A DNA stretch of 55,673 bases, filler included, from Catajapyx aquilonaris (GCA_000934665.2; 2 parts of 2 records of this genome joined end to end with filler, not necessarily neighbours in it), one strand, 5' to 3'. Counted from the whole stretch's first letter, positions 13,601 through 27,731 are shown. Made by a program: numbers and translations. Notes: generated by a model from the letters alone, not told the origin.

Positions 13601-16600
13601 CTGGTGGTGTTACGACGGTAATTGAGTTCCGGCCCTGCACCGACATTATGAAATATGGATCGTTTGCTTCAGTTACATTAGTATAGACAGGTGATAAGTG
13701 GTGTGTGTTTTCCGCAATTATAGCCTATTGTTTTTAATTTAGTACAGCGCAGTCAAATATGAAATGTGGGATTGCTCCTCAGCGAGTGAATAATGGCATC
13801 ATAATGTGGACCTTCTGCTGTTGTTCACCCTGACAAGGTTTCGCTCTTTAAATTAGCGCTGTTTAGAACTCTTTACTAATGCTGCGGTGTACACTTTATT
13901 AATTTTTTCCACAGCGTAGTGGTGCTAAAAGAGCATTTCCGAGTGTTTCAGGAAAGGACACTCAATGGTACACCAACAAGAGGTGTGTAAATCACGCGGG
14001 CCATTGCTTAGTAAGGTAAATACAGTATGATTTGTTGGCCCTGCAATAATCAGGATTAGCGTAAAGTCCAGCATCATGGATTAAATTAATGAAAAATTAT
14101 ATTAGGATTAAGTTGGAATTTGATGGGATTAACTCGCGAGTAATTACTGTACTGGAGTAGTGATAATAAATGTTTCAGTATTTCCCCATAATTTTTCTTT
14201 ATTGCTCTAATTTGTTAAGCATCTTGCACTACTCAACTATAGCCTCTCGCCATGTGAATTTTTTATAAGACGAATATATTTTCATAAATGGCAGTGCTAG
14301 CTAGGTACTCTTCCAATTAGGAAGGCCTGCAGAATACAAACACGGGAGGGAGCGCCTTGTGTTTAGAATTGTGCAAGACTGCCTTCGTCAGCACTGGGCC
14401 GGTTTTGTACTCAAGGGAATGAGATAGAACAACATAATATTCGTTGCCAGGAGAGGTTTGGGTATGCCCAAAGAAAATCCGATTTACAGACTACAACGTA
14501 AACAGAAAAGTGCCAACACCGTGTACTTTTTTTCATTCTGGGAAATTTTACATCGTAATGGTCCTGAGAAGTTTGAACTGTTTTGTTCCATCTTTTTGCA
14601 GAGCACTGCAATGGTTTGGCAAACGGGATGCATAAACCTCCAAATTCATTATTTTAAATCCAGCGGCCTATGGAAATTGTAGGATGGTTGGCTAATCAAC
14701 CGGCGAGATATCCCTTTGACGCCCTTTCATGCTCGTTATTATCAATCCATCTACTTGACAGTGACGACCACACAAATGTGCCAAAGCAACATTACCAGCA
14801 TTTACATTGCTCAATACGGTTGGTCAGTAAATATTTCGGGATTGCTGTCAACTGGATATTGATTATAACCGCTTCTGACTATGTCAGCAAGAGGGCGAGC
14901 CCTTCATTGTTACATCCATCAGCGTACGTCATTTGAGAACTGCAATATTGGTAGCGTAGCATCCAAAACTCATTACATGTCATTTAAACAAAAAAATGGC
15001 CTTCCGAGCCCCCGTCCGTGTGATTCGCATTGCCTTAAAGGTATGGCATGTACATGTCAGGTTAGAGCAGCAGGTAAATAAATTGAAAAATGGAACGAGG
15101 ACATGTTTGTAGTTGTAGGGGACCTCACCATTACTCATAATTTATAACAGGTTGTCGTTGTACTGCGTTTCCGCAAATCCCTCTCCACGAGGCTACTGCG
15201 CCGCAGAAACCGCATAACTGCCAGAGTGTTATATCCCACTTGACTCGATTTCAAGCTCAGTAAAATCAGGCCGAGAGAGACCTGTTAATGACAGCATTAA
15301 CTCCCACTTGTACACTTGGCGATGGACCGCTGATTTTCTTCTTGGAGAAGCTGAATCCGGCACATGCAGCCAGCCAAACCCTTCGATTCGGTTCTGTTAC
15401 CCCAGCCGCCAGTCGACATCAAATTAAACCGTATCACGAACTTTTAGGAATTCAATTCCCGACCAATTTAAAATAGTTTGCCATTTCTTCCTAGGAGTCT
15501 GGCCGACAGGAAGTGCGTGCAGAATGAGACTTTTCTAGTATTATTATTCCGAACCGTGCTGAAAATGAATCAAGGAGGAAAAATGGACCTCGCATTTTTT
15601 TTTTGTACAATTTTTTAAGCCACACCACACAGGTCTCCCACCTTTACACGCGAGGACCAAAAGGCCAGCGTTCCAATATTGGATCGAGCGGGTGGACATC
15701 CGTGGATATTGGCAGGGAAACGCAATAAACTGATGTGCGAGGCTTAAAAATAGCCAGCACTCCCGCGCTCGGCCGACTGAAGCTGAGATATACGCACGGA
15801 TCCATAAAAAAAGGCTGCAAAATTGCACACCAGTTCCACCCAGTACACCCCCTATACTCCCAACCCTCCCCCACAGTCTGGACATGCAAACAGTGGACGA
15901 CACAAAGGGCCTCCGACCTTTTTCATATGATGTGCCGCCGCATCATCTCACATGACAGGGACATTATATACGGGGGACATACGTGTGACACTTTGTTTGG
16001 ATGCTCTTCGTTCTGAATTGTGGCGTGTACAGGTGCCGTACTGATGTGTGACAACGTGTGGTCCGAGGCTCGCTTTCCGCAAAAATCGCAAAAATGATCC
16101 AGTGTGTGATCATCGATCGTGCAGTTAACTAAACACTATTGCGGCCAAGTTGTAAATCTGCACTTGATTGTTAACTGTGCAGTGTAAGTAAAATAGGACG
16201 TTTAGCGCCGGTCATTTATTGTTTGTCATGAATAGGCGGACAATTAATCGTCATAATTGAAATACAAATGCTTGGTGACACGTGAACAGACAGGTTGCGA
16301 GGGGTGGCACGCCCTGTATCGAGGCACGCGATATGGATATTTGTAACCCTTCCTTTCTGCTCTGGTGCTGCTGAAACTCCGCAAACATGTTTACAGAGAG
16401 CAGTATCGACAGTTTCAGGCCAACTACCCGTTCCAACTTATTACATGGTGTCTTAGGCCCCTTCCAGCTCTTTGTCACCATACTCCCCCACCCAATATGA
16501 GCAATCCCTCTGAAATCCCAAGCGGTGATTTTGAGCGCAACACAAAAAGCCCCGTCACAGCTCGGGTGCTAGTATGCGGATATATCAGAGTCCCGTATTA

Positions 16601-17257
16601 GCGATATCGAAAGAGGCCAAGCACAGGACCAAGTCTCCTTCCGCCTCGTAAATCTCCTTGCTGTGGATCGAAATTTCGGTGGGAGCTTAAAGCTAGTGAT
16701 CGAGTGGGGGCCCAAAGCTACAGGAGCACATTGTGCAGCTTTAGGCTGAGGAGCATCTAATGAGCACTGGCCCGTCAAAGAAGGATTATTAGGATGGCAG
16801 CCTGATGAGTACTGGTACGTGGGCGCGCGTGTGTAGTGTTATGTGTGCCAGCTCGATCCGGCTTAATTTGCTTCGGCCCCGAATATCAATCTTGCTGCCG
16901 GCGCCGGCCACCATGCTCTGTCAGCTTTCAAAAGAAACTTGGACACCGGTGGCCCCGGTACATGCATGGATACATAGCCTACATGCACACGCCCAAAACG
17001 CACCAAGTGGAAGAAAGGAAATTAAACATGTCCAGATACAGGGGAATGCGGTGTCAACGCTGCTGCAACACTGGACCACTTACGGGGAAAAATGGGAAAG
17101 TCTCTTTTTTGGTACTGCGTTACACGGTTTTACCATTGTTTTCAGTGGCCAAGGTTTTCTGAAATATTTTGAACGTAAAATTAGCTATCATGTGCACTCT
17201 TAATGCCATTCGTTGGATGCTACAAATGCAGAATGTGAACTGTTTTAGTTTTGCGCA

Positions 17258-17532
17258 GGATGGAGTGTGGTGGAAGAGGTATAGCTGCTGATAACCCACA
17301 TCTGGATAAGGAAAACCTGGGTTCGATTTCCGAACATGGGCACTCATGTGGGAAAGCGTAGGTGGTTTCTTTCAATGCTGTAAAGCCAGTGCCGTGGGAA
17401 AGAAGGGGATGTAGGGGACTTTTTCCGTGCCTTCTCTGACTCTTTTTCGCATTTTGAAACGGTCCTAAACGGCCCTTGAAATTGGGCCATAACCAGGACT
17501 TAGAGGGTGTAACGTTGCCTTTTCTTTCTTTC
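17258..17532 (+). mobile_element. degenerate tRNA-derived SINE (boundaries approximate)
   Basis: A-box-like TGGTGGAAGAGG and B box GGTTCGATTTCC, ending in a CTTT-type tail (GCCTTTTCTTTCTTT). No TSD found. Confidence 0.4.
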
Positions 17533-19382
17533 CGGTGATTTTGTGATGGTTATATAAGTTACTACAAGCTGAGCTCGCAAAACACTTAGTTGTAATGAAC
17601 AGTTGGGGTTGTGGACAGGGTTCTACTTTTCCAGGTGATAAATTTATTAAACTCTATACCTGCAGCGTTTAGTTATGCTGGAAACCTGCCTTGACTGAAT
17701 TTTCTTCTGTTATGTTGGAAATACGTCATCTTCTGGCGTGAGAATTTTTGGGCTCGAATATGTTCCTGTATGACTGCAAATAAACACATGTACGTATAGA
17801 AACACTGACTCATGATCTTCATATTTGTGACCACGTTGTTATCTTATATTTGAGGATTAAGCGGAGCGGTGTATTTATTCACAGCAGAAAATTAAAACAT
17901 GAGTTTTACTAGTAATTTACTCAGGAACTACAATAGAGCCATCAGATATGTGCATAATGTTATTTTCTAACGTGAATAAATATGATAGTTTAATGTTTAA
18001 AGCGGTTTTGTGTACTCATCCAAGTATACACACTTCATGCCTATTTTAGCCATTTGCCGTTTTCAGTGCACTTGTCTGTTAGTGAACCTCTTCATCAATT
18101 CAGCAGATTATCCTGCACACTGATAATTTAAGGCAACTCTTCAAACTGCTGCCTCGTATACTTCTTGATGATGCCCAACTTAAGCACCCTGTAGAGTTCT
18201 GGCCACTTCTCTTCTGCTTTGTGGATCAAGTTTGTTCGGGCATTGGACCGTAGAGGTACAGTCGTTTCTACTGGATTTTCCTTTGATCTTGTTATGGTAT
18301 ATTTTGCTATATAACGTACTCCATACACTATGCAGCTTATATGACACGGATGCCGAGCTCTTACTCCAGCTATAGGGCCATTAAACTTATTTCACAACAA
18401 CCCAGCTATTGGTGAACACCTGCAGTTATTATCTATTTAGAACAATTTAGAAAAAGCTCTAGTTTCAAAGAGTAGCACTTAATAATTCTTATGCACATCT
18501 CTGTAGATTATACAAGTAACTTACAACTCCAGATAATACGTAAGTTGTTATTTCAAGTTCTATGATCTTTGTACTCTTCTGTGTGTTGGAAATTATTGTT
18601 CATTATTTTATAGGCGAGCAAATTTTAGAACCGAATCAGTCTAATCTATTGGATAGGCGTCCAGGCTATCATTATAGGAAAGTCTGGGTTTCAAATACCG
18701 ATCAACCTTCTTCTCCTGGGTTGTTTTCGCACTTTTCCTGATCAATTCTTGTTGCCCTGCATGCCACAGAGTAATCCTTTAATGATGCAATCCACAAAAT
18801 TTGCTGTAGATCATGAGAAGCATTAGCGATAGGTTCGAACCTATTTTTATATTACAAAGCAGTTAATGGCAAGCTGTTGGATATGTCACATTCCAGCCCA
18901 CATGAAAGGATAGGTGGTAGCAGCCTTCAATTTCAGAGCGTGTGTCACTATTGCATGTTATCATGAGTATAACAGCACTAATCAGGTGCTGTACACTTTT
19001 AAATAGTGGCCAGCCCGTTATTGGAAAAAAAAATATTACTAATGAAATCAGGCAATTTGCAGCTCTTGACCGAGTCCCCTCCACATGTTTCTGTGGGACG
19101 CAAATGTGGCTTCAACATAATTTATTATGTCGTGTCATCTTGTTTACCTCGAAATAGTATCAATATTGGCCGTCCATTCATGCATGGGTCATAGTGAAAA
19201 ATATGGCTTGCATTAAAATATAAATAGAGGCATTACAAGATGCATACTAATTTCGACCACAATAAAAACATTTTGAATCAAAATGATAACAGGTGCAAAG
19301 CAAGAAATGCCTTAAGGTTTAGATGATCAGTCAAACCTTTTCGTAATAATATAATACAGCAGTTTACATATTCCGTAGACAT

Positions 19383-19721
19383 TTTTTTTTACGTTACCCC
19401 GTGATAAGGCTGAGCCTTTTTAGGGGGGTGGAATACCACCATTTCACTCCATTTTCTGAATTAACTTCATACACCGGTGCAAGGAGACAAGGATGTAGGG
19501 TAGGGGTAGGGATTTTTGGGGAGGGAACATAGGTGCAAGTGCAAGATCTGTAAAGGGGTCATGTGCTGTTCCCCAGGAGGTTAGGTTGCCAGACACCTCC
19601 TTGGTGCAGGGGAGAGACCCTCCCGACGCAGGTGAAAGGAAAGTTCCCCAGGCGGGGATCGAACCTGGGGCCTTTCACTCAGCAAGCCGTGACGTTACCA
19701 TCACGGCCACCACACCTCCCC
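19383..19721 (-). mobile_element. tRNA-derived SINE (family B), second copy
   Basis: Highly similar to 4746-5078; TSD TATTCCGTAGACAT (19369-19382 and 19722-19735); poly-A tail on the - strand. Confidence 0.92.
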
Positions 19722-21346
19722 TATTCCGTAGACATATTTTTTATGCACCACTGAAACTTCTTGATACATCAACTCTAAAGCTTCATTTCAAATAAGAGGC
19801 AGCAACTTTGTGTAAATGTGTGCGTGTGTAGCTTCATCTATATATGCCTACGTAAACCTTGCCTGATTTGTGAGAAACATTACAGGCCTTGTTTATTTTT
19901 CTCAACCAACCCCCTCGGTGGTGCACCTCAATGTGATTTTCACATGTGGTGTGTAAAGAGTCACTGTCTACATGCTAGGGAGATTTTGCTGAAAAAATCC
20001 AGAATGCGTCCACAATCCCTTTATACGAGTGTAAATAGTTGCAAACGTCTTAGTGTAATGTTGACAGCCTTAAAACTGAAGAGTCGATAATCATACGGCT
20101 ATGCACCGTATTTATTCAAAGGTTGAATTAAGCTCCGGGATATATTATACATACACATTACGTTAAATCATATAGACTGTTTACCTCTGAGTAGCTAAAG
20201 TCATTACTAAGCATTAATTACTGCAGAATCTGTCCGAACTGTAAGACCTCAACCAGTGTCGTTAAGTCCCAGTCCTAGTCCTACCTCATCAAACATGTCA
20301 GTTGCAGAAGTACTATAATTTGCTAGGCATTATTATAGACTCTGGCCATTCAATTATAATGAATAGCATATCTGCATATAGCTGCATTTCTGTGATGGCC
20401 ACCTCCAATGCTAAGTGCCCTCTTAATTTTGTAGTCCACCCGGAGACAAAGTGGAATCCTCCTCCGCCCCTCCAACCTCCTTCTCCACCAATTCTGGACC
20501 TGTGAGTAAGGGTGCAGTATACGTCGCCTGTTTCCGCAAGTCGAACCGGAGTGAACGTAACGTACGTACGGCTTCGGATGCCCAACTCTCTCGATTTTGC
20601 CTGGTATTGGTAGTGCAGCCTATAGTATGTGCTGACACTGAACCACTTGATCGGTGCATTGAGGGCTGTCATGTCTTGTTCAAATTTGGTTGGAATAGTA
20701 TCATCTGGAGTTCTTATTTGATAGCAACAATGCAAGTGCCAGGTCAAAAGTGGTATGGCAATGATTTGTAATGACTGTTTATAGTCTAATGTTGTTCCTG
20801 TTGTAATAATATTATTGACTGCAATTTTGCAGAATTCATGGTGAAAGTGTCCATGACAAGACATTCTAATGAGGAGCTACTTGGTCGGATTTCTCGCATT
20901 AAAATAATGATTTATTCGCATAGGTGTTTGTATTCTCTTTCGATTATACAGTATAAATGACAAGTAAATGCAAATAAAATAAATGTATAACTGACAGTGT
21001 GTCGAGGAATGCGGTAAAAATCTGCATATTTTGCCCCGCATCAAGGAATCAGTAATTAGTTGTTTGAAATTTCAATTTTTTTTCCTCAGAAAATGGACTC
21101 TCCAGTCGGGTACGGACGTGGCCACCACGTGGGTACGTCACAGTTACAAGATATCCGTAAGGGTGGGGGTTCTGACGTCAGGAAACATGTTTCGCTCGTA
21201 GTGAACCAACCGGAACCAACCATACTGTGAGACTCGTACCGTAGGCTACGTACAAGCCTTCTCTTCAACTGCCTGAGTCCTTCCAACGAATTTTCCGACA
21301 CTCTTAATAAAAACAAGATTGGTAAATCACGTGAGCGTGATTATAG

Positions 21347-21794
21347 TAGACTTTTTCCCATTCTTTCAAGTGAAACTTTATTGGTAGTTTTTCCCCAAAG
21401 AGAGGCAGTAACATCATGGCGGCCGAGGACGCGCATCGCAAACTTGTCCAACATCAGGAATTAATTCCACAGCCCCTGTGCCAAAGCGTCAGGTAAAACC
21501 CGGGCTAAATCCCCGACACACATGGTCAGGGATCCAGGGAAACTACCGGTAATTTCGAAATCCAGCGATAACCTGCCCATAAAGTAGACTTGTGCGGATA
21601 CAGTGAACTCGAAAAACCGGAAGTGGCGGGTGACCGGAAGTTGACCAAGACACCTATTTAGGTCACGCTTAATCCGAATAAGAAAACCTTTTGTCGCTCT
21701 CTCTTGTGGTTAGGGCCCTGATACCTGTCCACAGACAGACAGACGGACCGACACAGCCTTTCTATGACTTTTTTCGATGATGAGAAAAAGTCTA
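21347..21794. mobile_element. Helentron/HINE (DINE-1-like) non-autonomous element, putative
   Basis: 11-bp inverted ends TAGACTTTTTC (21347-21357) and GAAAAAGTCTA (21784-21794); ACAGACAGACAGACGGAC microsatellite near the right end; local hairpin GACTTTTTTC...GAAAAAGTC (21766-21792). Layout resembles described HINEs. Confidence 0.5.
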
Positions 21795-24700
21795 AAGCTA
21801 CCACAATGCATGAATTGCTCGGATGACCTTCGGGACTACGGACAACACTGCTCCAAAGTTCACCTCGACTTTTGAAACAATTTTTAAGAGTGAACTTATT
21901 ACCATAACGATGGTAGAGCGAATTGAAAGGTAAAGTGTAATAATAATCATCATCCGGCAGTTCATGTAATTATTACTTTCACCAACTTCTGGGAGAGCCA
22001 GGAAGTTGAAAATTGGCCCACAGGTAGCCAAGACATCAAAACCCACCATAAATATCAGAAATCTAGCAATTTCAACAGGGGCGGCCCTCGGTAAAACATT
22101 TTTTGGAGGAAATTAAGGAAAATCTTAACCAGCTTGTAGGCTTCTCTTGTAGTCTTGTGTTTCTCGGCTTTATTTTCTCGTAGGGAGTGGCAGTTCCGCC
22201 AAAGGTAATTACTCTAAATGTGACTAATGTTAGTCACACTCTAAAAATTCATTTTTACTTTGTGATCCATGGGATATAACCTTCATCCCCAGAGCTTAGA
22301 TGCATGTTTATGGAGAACATTGACAGGAAACAAATGGCCACACCCTCACTAGACCTCAGTTGTGTATTGTCTCACTTAATGTCATGCAATTGTACATTAC
22401 ATCAACACATTTACCAGGATCAAAACCGTAGCAGGGTTTTCTATTATCTAGTCTTTTTAAAAACTGTCTTCTCCATAATTCTGCAGGGCAATAGTATTAC
22501 ATCATGGGATCTCAACACTATCCCTTCTACAGTAAAAACAGGCAAACGGAACAAAAAGGAACAAATGGTAGGGAGCAGAATGCAGAAACCTGGTATTATT
22601 TAAAATGTGAACAGGCCCAGGTGCTACTGGCAATATCACTTAACAGATTGGGCTGAAGCCTTCAGGTTGGGAAGATTGCATGCTTTTTTTTAAATTGGTA
22701 TTAAAATTACTTTTAAAAAATTAATCCCACTTCAACACAACCTTCCTCACCTGTCACATAATGAAAAAATAACAAAAATCAAAACTCAGAAACCCAACCT
22801 GTGATTGACATCGAAAAAAGGAAAAATAAAGAGGAAGTAAAGGAACACTCACTTCCGATCCCCATACATGACTACCTCTCTATGATATGAAGAAAAAATA
22901 AAGTAAGGCAAAAAAATAGCAACACAAGAATAGAGTGAAACACCTTTCTGTGACTATGATGTCAACCATACAGCAAAAACAAGGCACGCCATTATAACAT
23001 GATTATAAATCAGAGGAAACAATACAGGAAAACGTCCCCCCCAAACCATAAGCAAGCTTGACCTTGCTTCATGTTGGTGCACTCAAACTGTGTGCCCCGT
23101 CTCGCCGCACACGTGGCATTTTTTTGTTTTATTCGGGCAGTTCTTGCCATCATGCCCTATCTTGCAAATGATGCAGAAGTCTGCAAAACCGAACAACGAA
23201 GGTCAAAATAATACGCAGCTCATTTCAACAACGGGTTCCCTATTGCAGAAATGTATACTAAAAATGTACGCATTTTAATTTTAACAATTCTTGCAAGTTT
23301 AACGCAGCTAAATTTTACAATGATTCACTACATTTAACTACAAAATTGTGTTCTATCATGCACAAGACAAAAAACAAGAGTAACTGGTACCATTTCTTAC
23401 ATAATTAGTGATAAAAAATAACATGAAAACTGGGAACAGAGTACACGAAAACTAATATGGGCATTATGTAGATCGAACTGCATTGATCTGGAACCCCAAA
23501 ACATTTTGGGGTGGGCACAACATCGATGGCAATGAATCCGAACCAGACACGGTAATCATCATGCAATCAACAAGCCTAGTAAAATGTATCTTTACAAATC
23601 CGTTTTCTGCAAGTGCAAACTCACGAGACAACATGGTAATTCAACCGAAAATGTGATACTCACTATGAGGAGGCTGATTGCACTTCTTGGCAACATGACC
23701 TTCCTTTTTGCAAATGTAGCACTGGTTGTGTGCCTCCTTGCACTCGGGCGACATGTGACCATGCATGTTGCAGACGTAGCATCTGGGTTTATTGTTTTCT
23801 GAAAAAAGGATTACCTAGTTGCAATAAGGTGAGGATAAGGATGAGTCATTTAGAAATAAAGATGGGAAATGTACACACAAGTAACATTATTGTATACTTA
23901 TGTTCATGTTCAAGGAGGGTGTGTACCTCCACACCGCGGTTCCTCAGTTGCCACACTCAGTTACGAGCCATGCTGTTAATGCATTGAGTAAATCATCTCC
24001 ATGACAGTAAAATCATATAAAATTGCCTCTCGCTAGCTTTCTATGTGTAGATGACGCCTGCACAGAACAGCTGTTAACTAGCTCAATTCTCAGGGGGTTT
24101 GCATGTACAGTACAATCGATACCCAAAAACAATGGCCAAGTGTGAAAAAAAGAGTTAACATTTTCTCATGCTTGCAGAACTGTAACGACATGCATTGCCT
24201 TGAAGCCAAAAGTCCCCATTAACTTTGCATATCGGTGAATCTAAGCAAACTTAACAAACAGCAATATATTCTAAAATGTTATTGACACACGAAATGAACA
24301 ATATTTTCAAACTCAGACACGGTAGGCTAGAGGAAAAGGCACTGAAAATAAATCGTGTTGCAAAATTTCACTTCGACTTATTGTTAGTGTAACTTTTCGA
24401 CACATTAACAAAATAATGATAAATTTACATTGAATTGTTGAAAGTCACCAATGACAACCTGCGAGATTGTAATGATATTCATTCAATACAATCTCTTAGT
24501 CTGTAAGTTATATATTAGAATGTCAAACTCATAGTTTGTTCTGCAAAGAAAACCGGTGGTTTTAAGCTTCAGTGCTATTATGAAAACATTGAAAAGCTAC
24601 TTCATAATGTTAAAAATCCTTCATTATCAGGTTTACCTGCAGAAATGAGTCATACACACTTAATTAAACTTATTAATACAGCGCTACACATTAATACTGT

Positions 24701-25387
24701 AATAACTTATTTATTGCATATATATATATATATTACAGGCCAAAATATGACACCTACCATTTCCAGATACACCTCTACGCTGAGGGCACTCACGAGCAAA
24801 GTGTCCAGACCGTTTGCACCTGTAACAGCGACCCATCTTGCCGATAAATACGTCTCCTGTTGAGTGAAAAGGGGCAACTTACATCATCTCATACAGTCAT
24901 ATCACACTCATTAATCAAGAGATACACGAACCTTTCTGAGATGAGATAAAATATAACAAGTGGCCTTCGGACAATCGTTTCCTGCTTTATGTAGGTTCGA
25001 TGTCATTGTGCCAGAGTAGCCTCGGGAGTTTCTTGCCCTGCCTTATTTGCATAGTGATCATCATTCTCCCTCCTGTAATGAACTACTAGTAGTCGGATTC
25101 TGGTTCTCAACTGCTTTTATTCCGCCAACCTTTTCCCCTCTACTCCCTTCGAGTCAGGCCTGGAACTACCCAGACCTTTACATGCCCCTTTTCAATACCT
25201 TTGAATGCAATAATTCTAAGCAAGTACAAATTACTATGTCTTGCTAAGTCCGAATAAGTCATTGTTAAAGCTACAAATACGAAGGTTTGATTTTAAATTG
25301 ACTCACTGAATGTTGAAAATTTTTGCGTTTTCTAATACCCATTTGCCTATAGTGTTGTTCAAACATCGCCTCGGCTGCTAACGCTTA

Positions 25388-25598
25388 CTCTCTAAAAAAG
25401 AAGAGTTAAAACTAACTATTTTAACCTTGAAAGTGTCAATTACCAAAGCGAGTTATAATAACTCTTTCTCTGGAGTTAAAACAACTCCTTCAGTTCATTT
25501 CATCCTCCGAAAGAGTTAATGATTAACTCCTTGAATGATTAGGTAATTGACCCCTTTCAAGGTTAAAATAGTTAATTTTAACTATTCGTTTTAGAGAG
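25388..25598. mobile_element. MITE with about 55-bp imperfect TIRs and TA flanks
   Basis: TA|CTCTCTAAAAAAGAAGAGTTAAAACTAACTATTTTAACCTTGAAA...TTTCAAGGTTAAAATAGTTAATTTTAACTATTCGTTTTAGAGAG|TA, with repeated internal AACTC/GAGTT motifs. Confidence 0.75.
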
Positions 25599-25606
25599 TA
25601 CGTTAT

Positions 25607-25897
25607 CAGGGTCAAAATATATAGTATATTGGGGAAAAGGCGATATTCTGAAGCCATAACACCTGCAGCTGGTAGCCGGTGGCCGCGACTGTAGAGCTAC
25701 TGGTGGCGCGAAGGAGAAGGTTCATTTCGCACCCTTTGAAGTCGAAGCAGCTTAAATATTGGAGAATCAGGACTCTGACCAAGGTGATGGAATAGGTGAG
25801 GTGATTTACTCGAACCTGGCAGCGACCGGGGACCAGCTGCAGGTATTGTGGCTTCAGAATATCGCCTTTTCCCTGTAGAGTATATATTTTGACCCTG
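25607..25897. mobile_element. MITE-like element with about 70-bp imperfect inverted arms
   Basis: CAGGGTCAAAATATATA...GGGAAAAGGCGATATTCTGAAGCCA...ACCTGCAGCTGGT is mirrored at the right end (...TATATATTTTGACCCTG). No TSD recognised. Confidence 0.75.
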
Positions 25898-26829
25898 CTC
25901 TTGTGAGTTAGCAGCCGAGATGATATTTGCACACCACTATAAGCAAAGCAGAAATAGAAAGGGCAATGATTTCAAAATTCAGGGGAATAAAATGGAGTAG
26001 TTTGGTTGTAAGTTCACAGAGGTCTCCATAAGGCTGAAGTAGGAGTTGCAGGGGGCTGGTCGTGTCCAAAGCAGCTTACTAGGTGAGTACCTGCTCGTGT
26101 GATATAAGCCTACGGAACTTATGCCGAGTAAGCATCTGACTGACTGCTTGAGAGCCTACTATTCTGCACCGACGCAAGTACTAGCTGACTACAGACTACC
26201 CACTACTTTAGGTTAAAGTGCTTCTTATTATTGTGCACCTAGTGGCATTACACAAAGAATGCCCACAGCTTAAAGGAAGGGTTCTGTTATATTGCATGTT
26301 GGGCTTCAAAGATCAAGGAAGACTCCTGATTCCAAATATGTCGTCCATTTTTTAATCTGATGCTGCGTAAACAAATGGCGTGATGTCAAAGTCGTAATAC
26401 GTTACGGTATCCCGTCACGGTAACCAGGGGGGGGGGGTTGCCGAAAGGGATTGGCTTAGCCACGGAGCCATTTTTTGAACGAGGAAGTGGCTGTGTTTGG
26501 AACTACAGGGTGTATCAGAGTCACGGGTCAAGCGCGCGCGAGGGGGTGGGGAAAAATAGTAGGTGGCGACTACCCCGGGCGGTTTTATAAACCAATTAGA
26601 AATATATGGCAGTAATCAATTTATTTTTATTACGGCCGTATGGCGTGACGTCACGTCCTTTCTGTTTGAATTGAGCCTGGCGGGCACGGCAAATGCAAGG
26701 CAAGAGTGCAGTGGTTTGAACGTGTTTGAAGCTGGTTGAACGGGTTTTTAGCCTTGCGGGTTGCACTGAAAAAGGCGCTCTCATGCTACACCGGCAGGGT
26801 ACTGAACAAAGTAGTGTACTACTGTACAG

Positions 26830-27681
26830 TAGGGCGGCTCGAAAACACTTTTTCGAAAGATGTAGTTCGCTAGTGAAAAAAAGTTGTGTTGGGCGATCCT
26901 TTTGACAGGTAAAAAATCTGAGTCATGTGGGTTAATATCCTACGGCTCCGCCAGGGGCATAAGTGACGCAACTTCCGGGTTTTCGTTTTTTGGTGTGCGA
27001 GTACACTCTTACTCGGCCTAAACATGAAACGTTGTGGCCCATCGGGGGTGAAATGTCGTTATTTCTGCGATATCTTGCACCGTTGACGAGATATTGACCA
27101 ATACCCCAGGTTCAAAAATTACACGGTTCTGCAAAAAAACACTATTTCGCTCTTTTGAAAACTTTTATGTGCTTTTTATGGATTTTGGGGTGCTGAATCC
27201 GAATCCGGCAAACAGATTTGCTCTATCACGTACAGTTTTAGAGATATATCGTTTTAAAACTTTGGACGGTTTACTAGGGGTTTTTCCGAATCAAGTGGGC
27301 CTAATGTTGCTAGGCCGCCTCGGATCATGGTGAAAAAAATCCCAGATGTATGCCTGGTTGCACCAACAAAATTACCGGTCCGATAGCTTCTAATGGACAG
27401 ATAGGTAGACCTTTTAACATGTGCTATCGGTCCGTTAGGAGCTATCGGACCGGTAATTTTGTTGGTGCAACCAGGCATACATCTGGGATTTTTTTCACCA
27501 TGATCCGAGGCCAAAATTCGGATGTTTCTGTCGCTCATATCTCGGAAATGGCTGGACGTTGCGAGCTAACACTTTCACCACTGTGTCTATCACACATGAA
27601 TGACCCCTCAAGCCAGTTTCAACCAAATCGGAGGTTCTCGACCCTGACCGTTCCCTTGTAAGTGTTTTTCGAGCCGCCCTA
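26830..27681. mobile_element. non-autonomous hAT-superfamily DNA transposon (TAGGG termini, hATm-like)
   Basis: TIRs TAGGGCGGCTCGAAAACACTT and AAGTGTTTTTCGAGCCGCCCTA; 8-bp TSD CTGTACAG (26822-26829 and 27682-27689). No transposase ORF; contains an internal palindrome with 88-bp arms. Confidence 0.85.
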
Positions 27682-27731
27682 CTGTACAGCAAGGCCGTAC
27701 GCAGGATTTTTGTTCGGGGGTGGGGGGGGGG

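Noticed and set aside
15540..16110. Repeat-like stretch ending ...GATCCAGTGTG (possible Transib-type end)
   Set aside because: No partner TIR or TSD located.
18640..18745. Weak A/B-box-like sequence (GGTTTCAAATACC)
   Set aside because: Too degenerate, with no tail or TSD; possibly an ancient SINE but not supportable.
27254..27661. Paired ORFs with identical peptide segments on opposite strands
   Set aside because: A direct consequence of the internal palindrome; not transposase-like.
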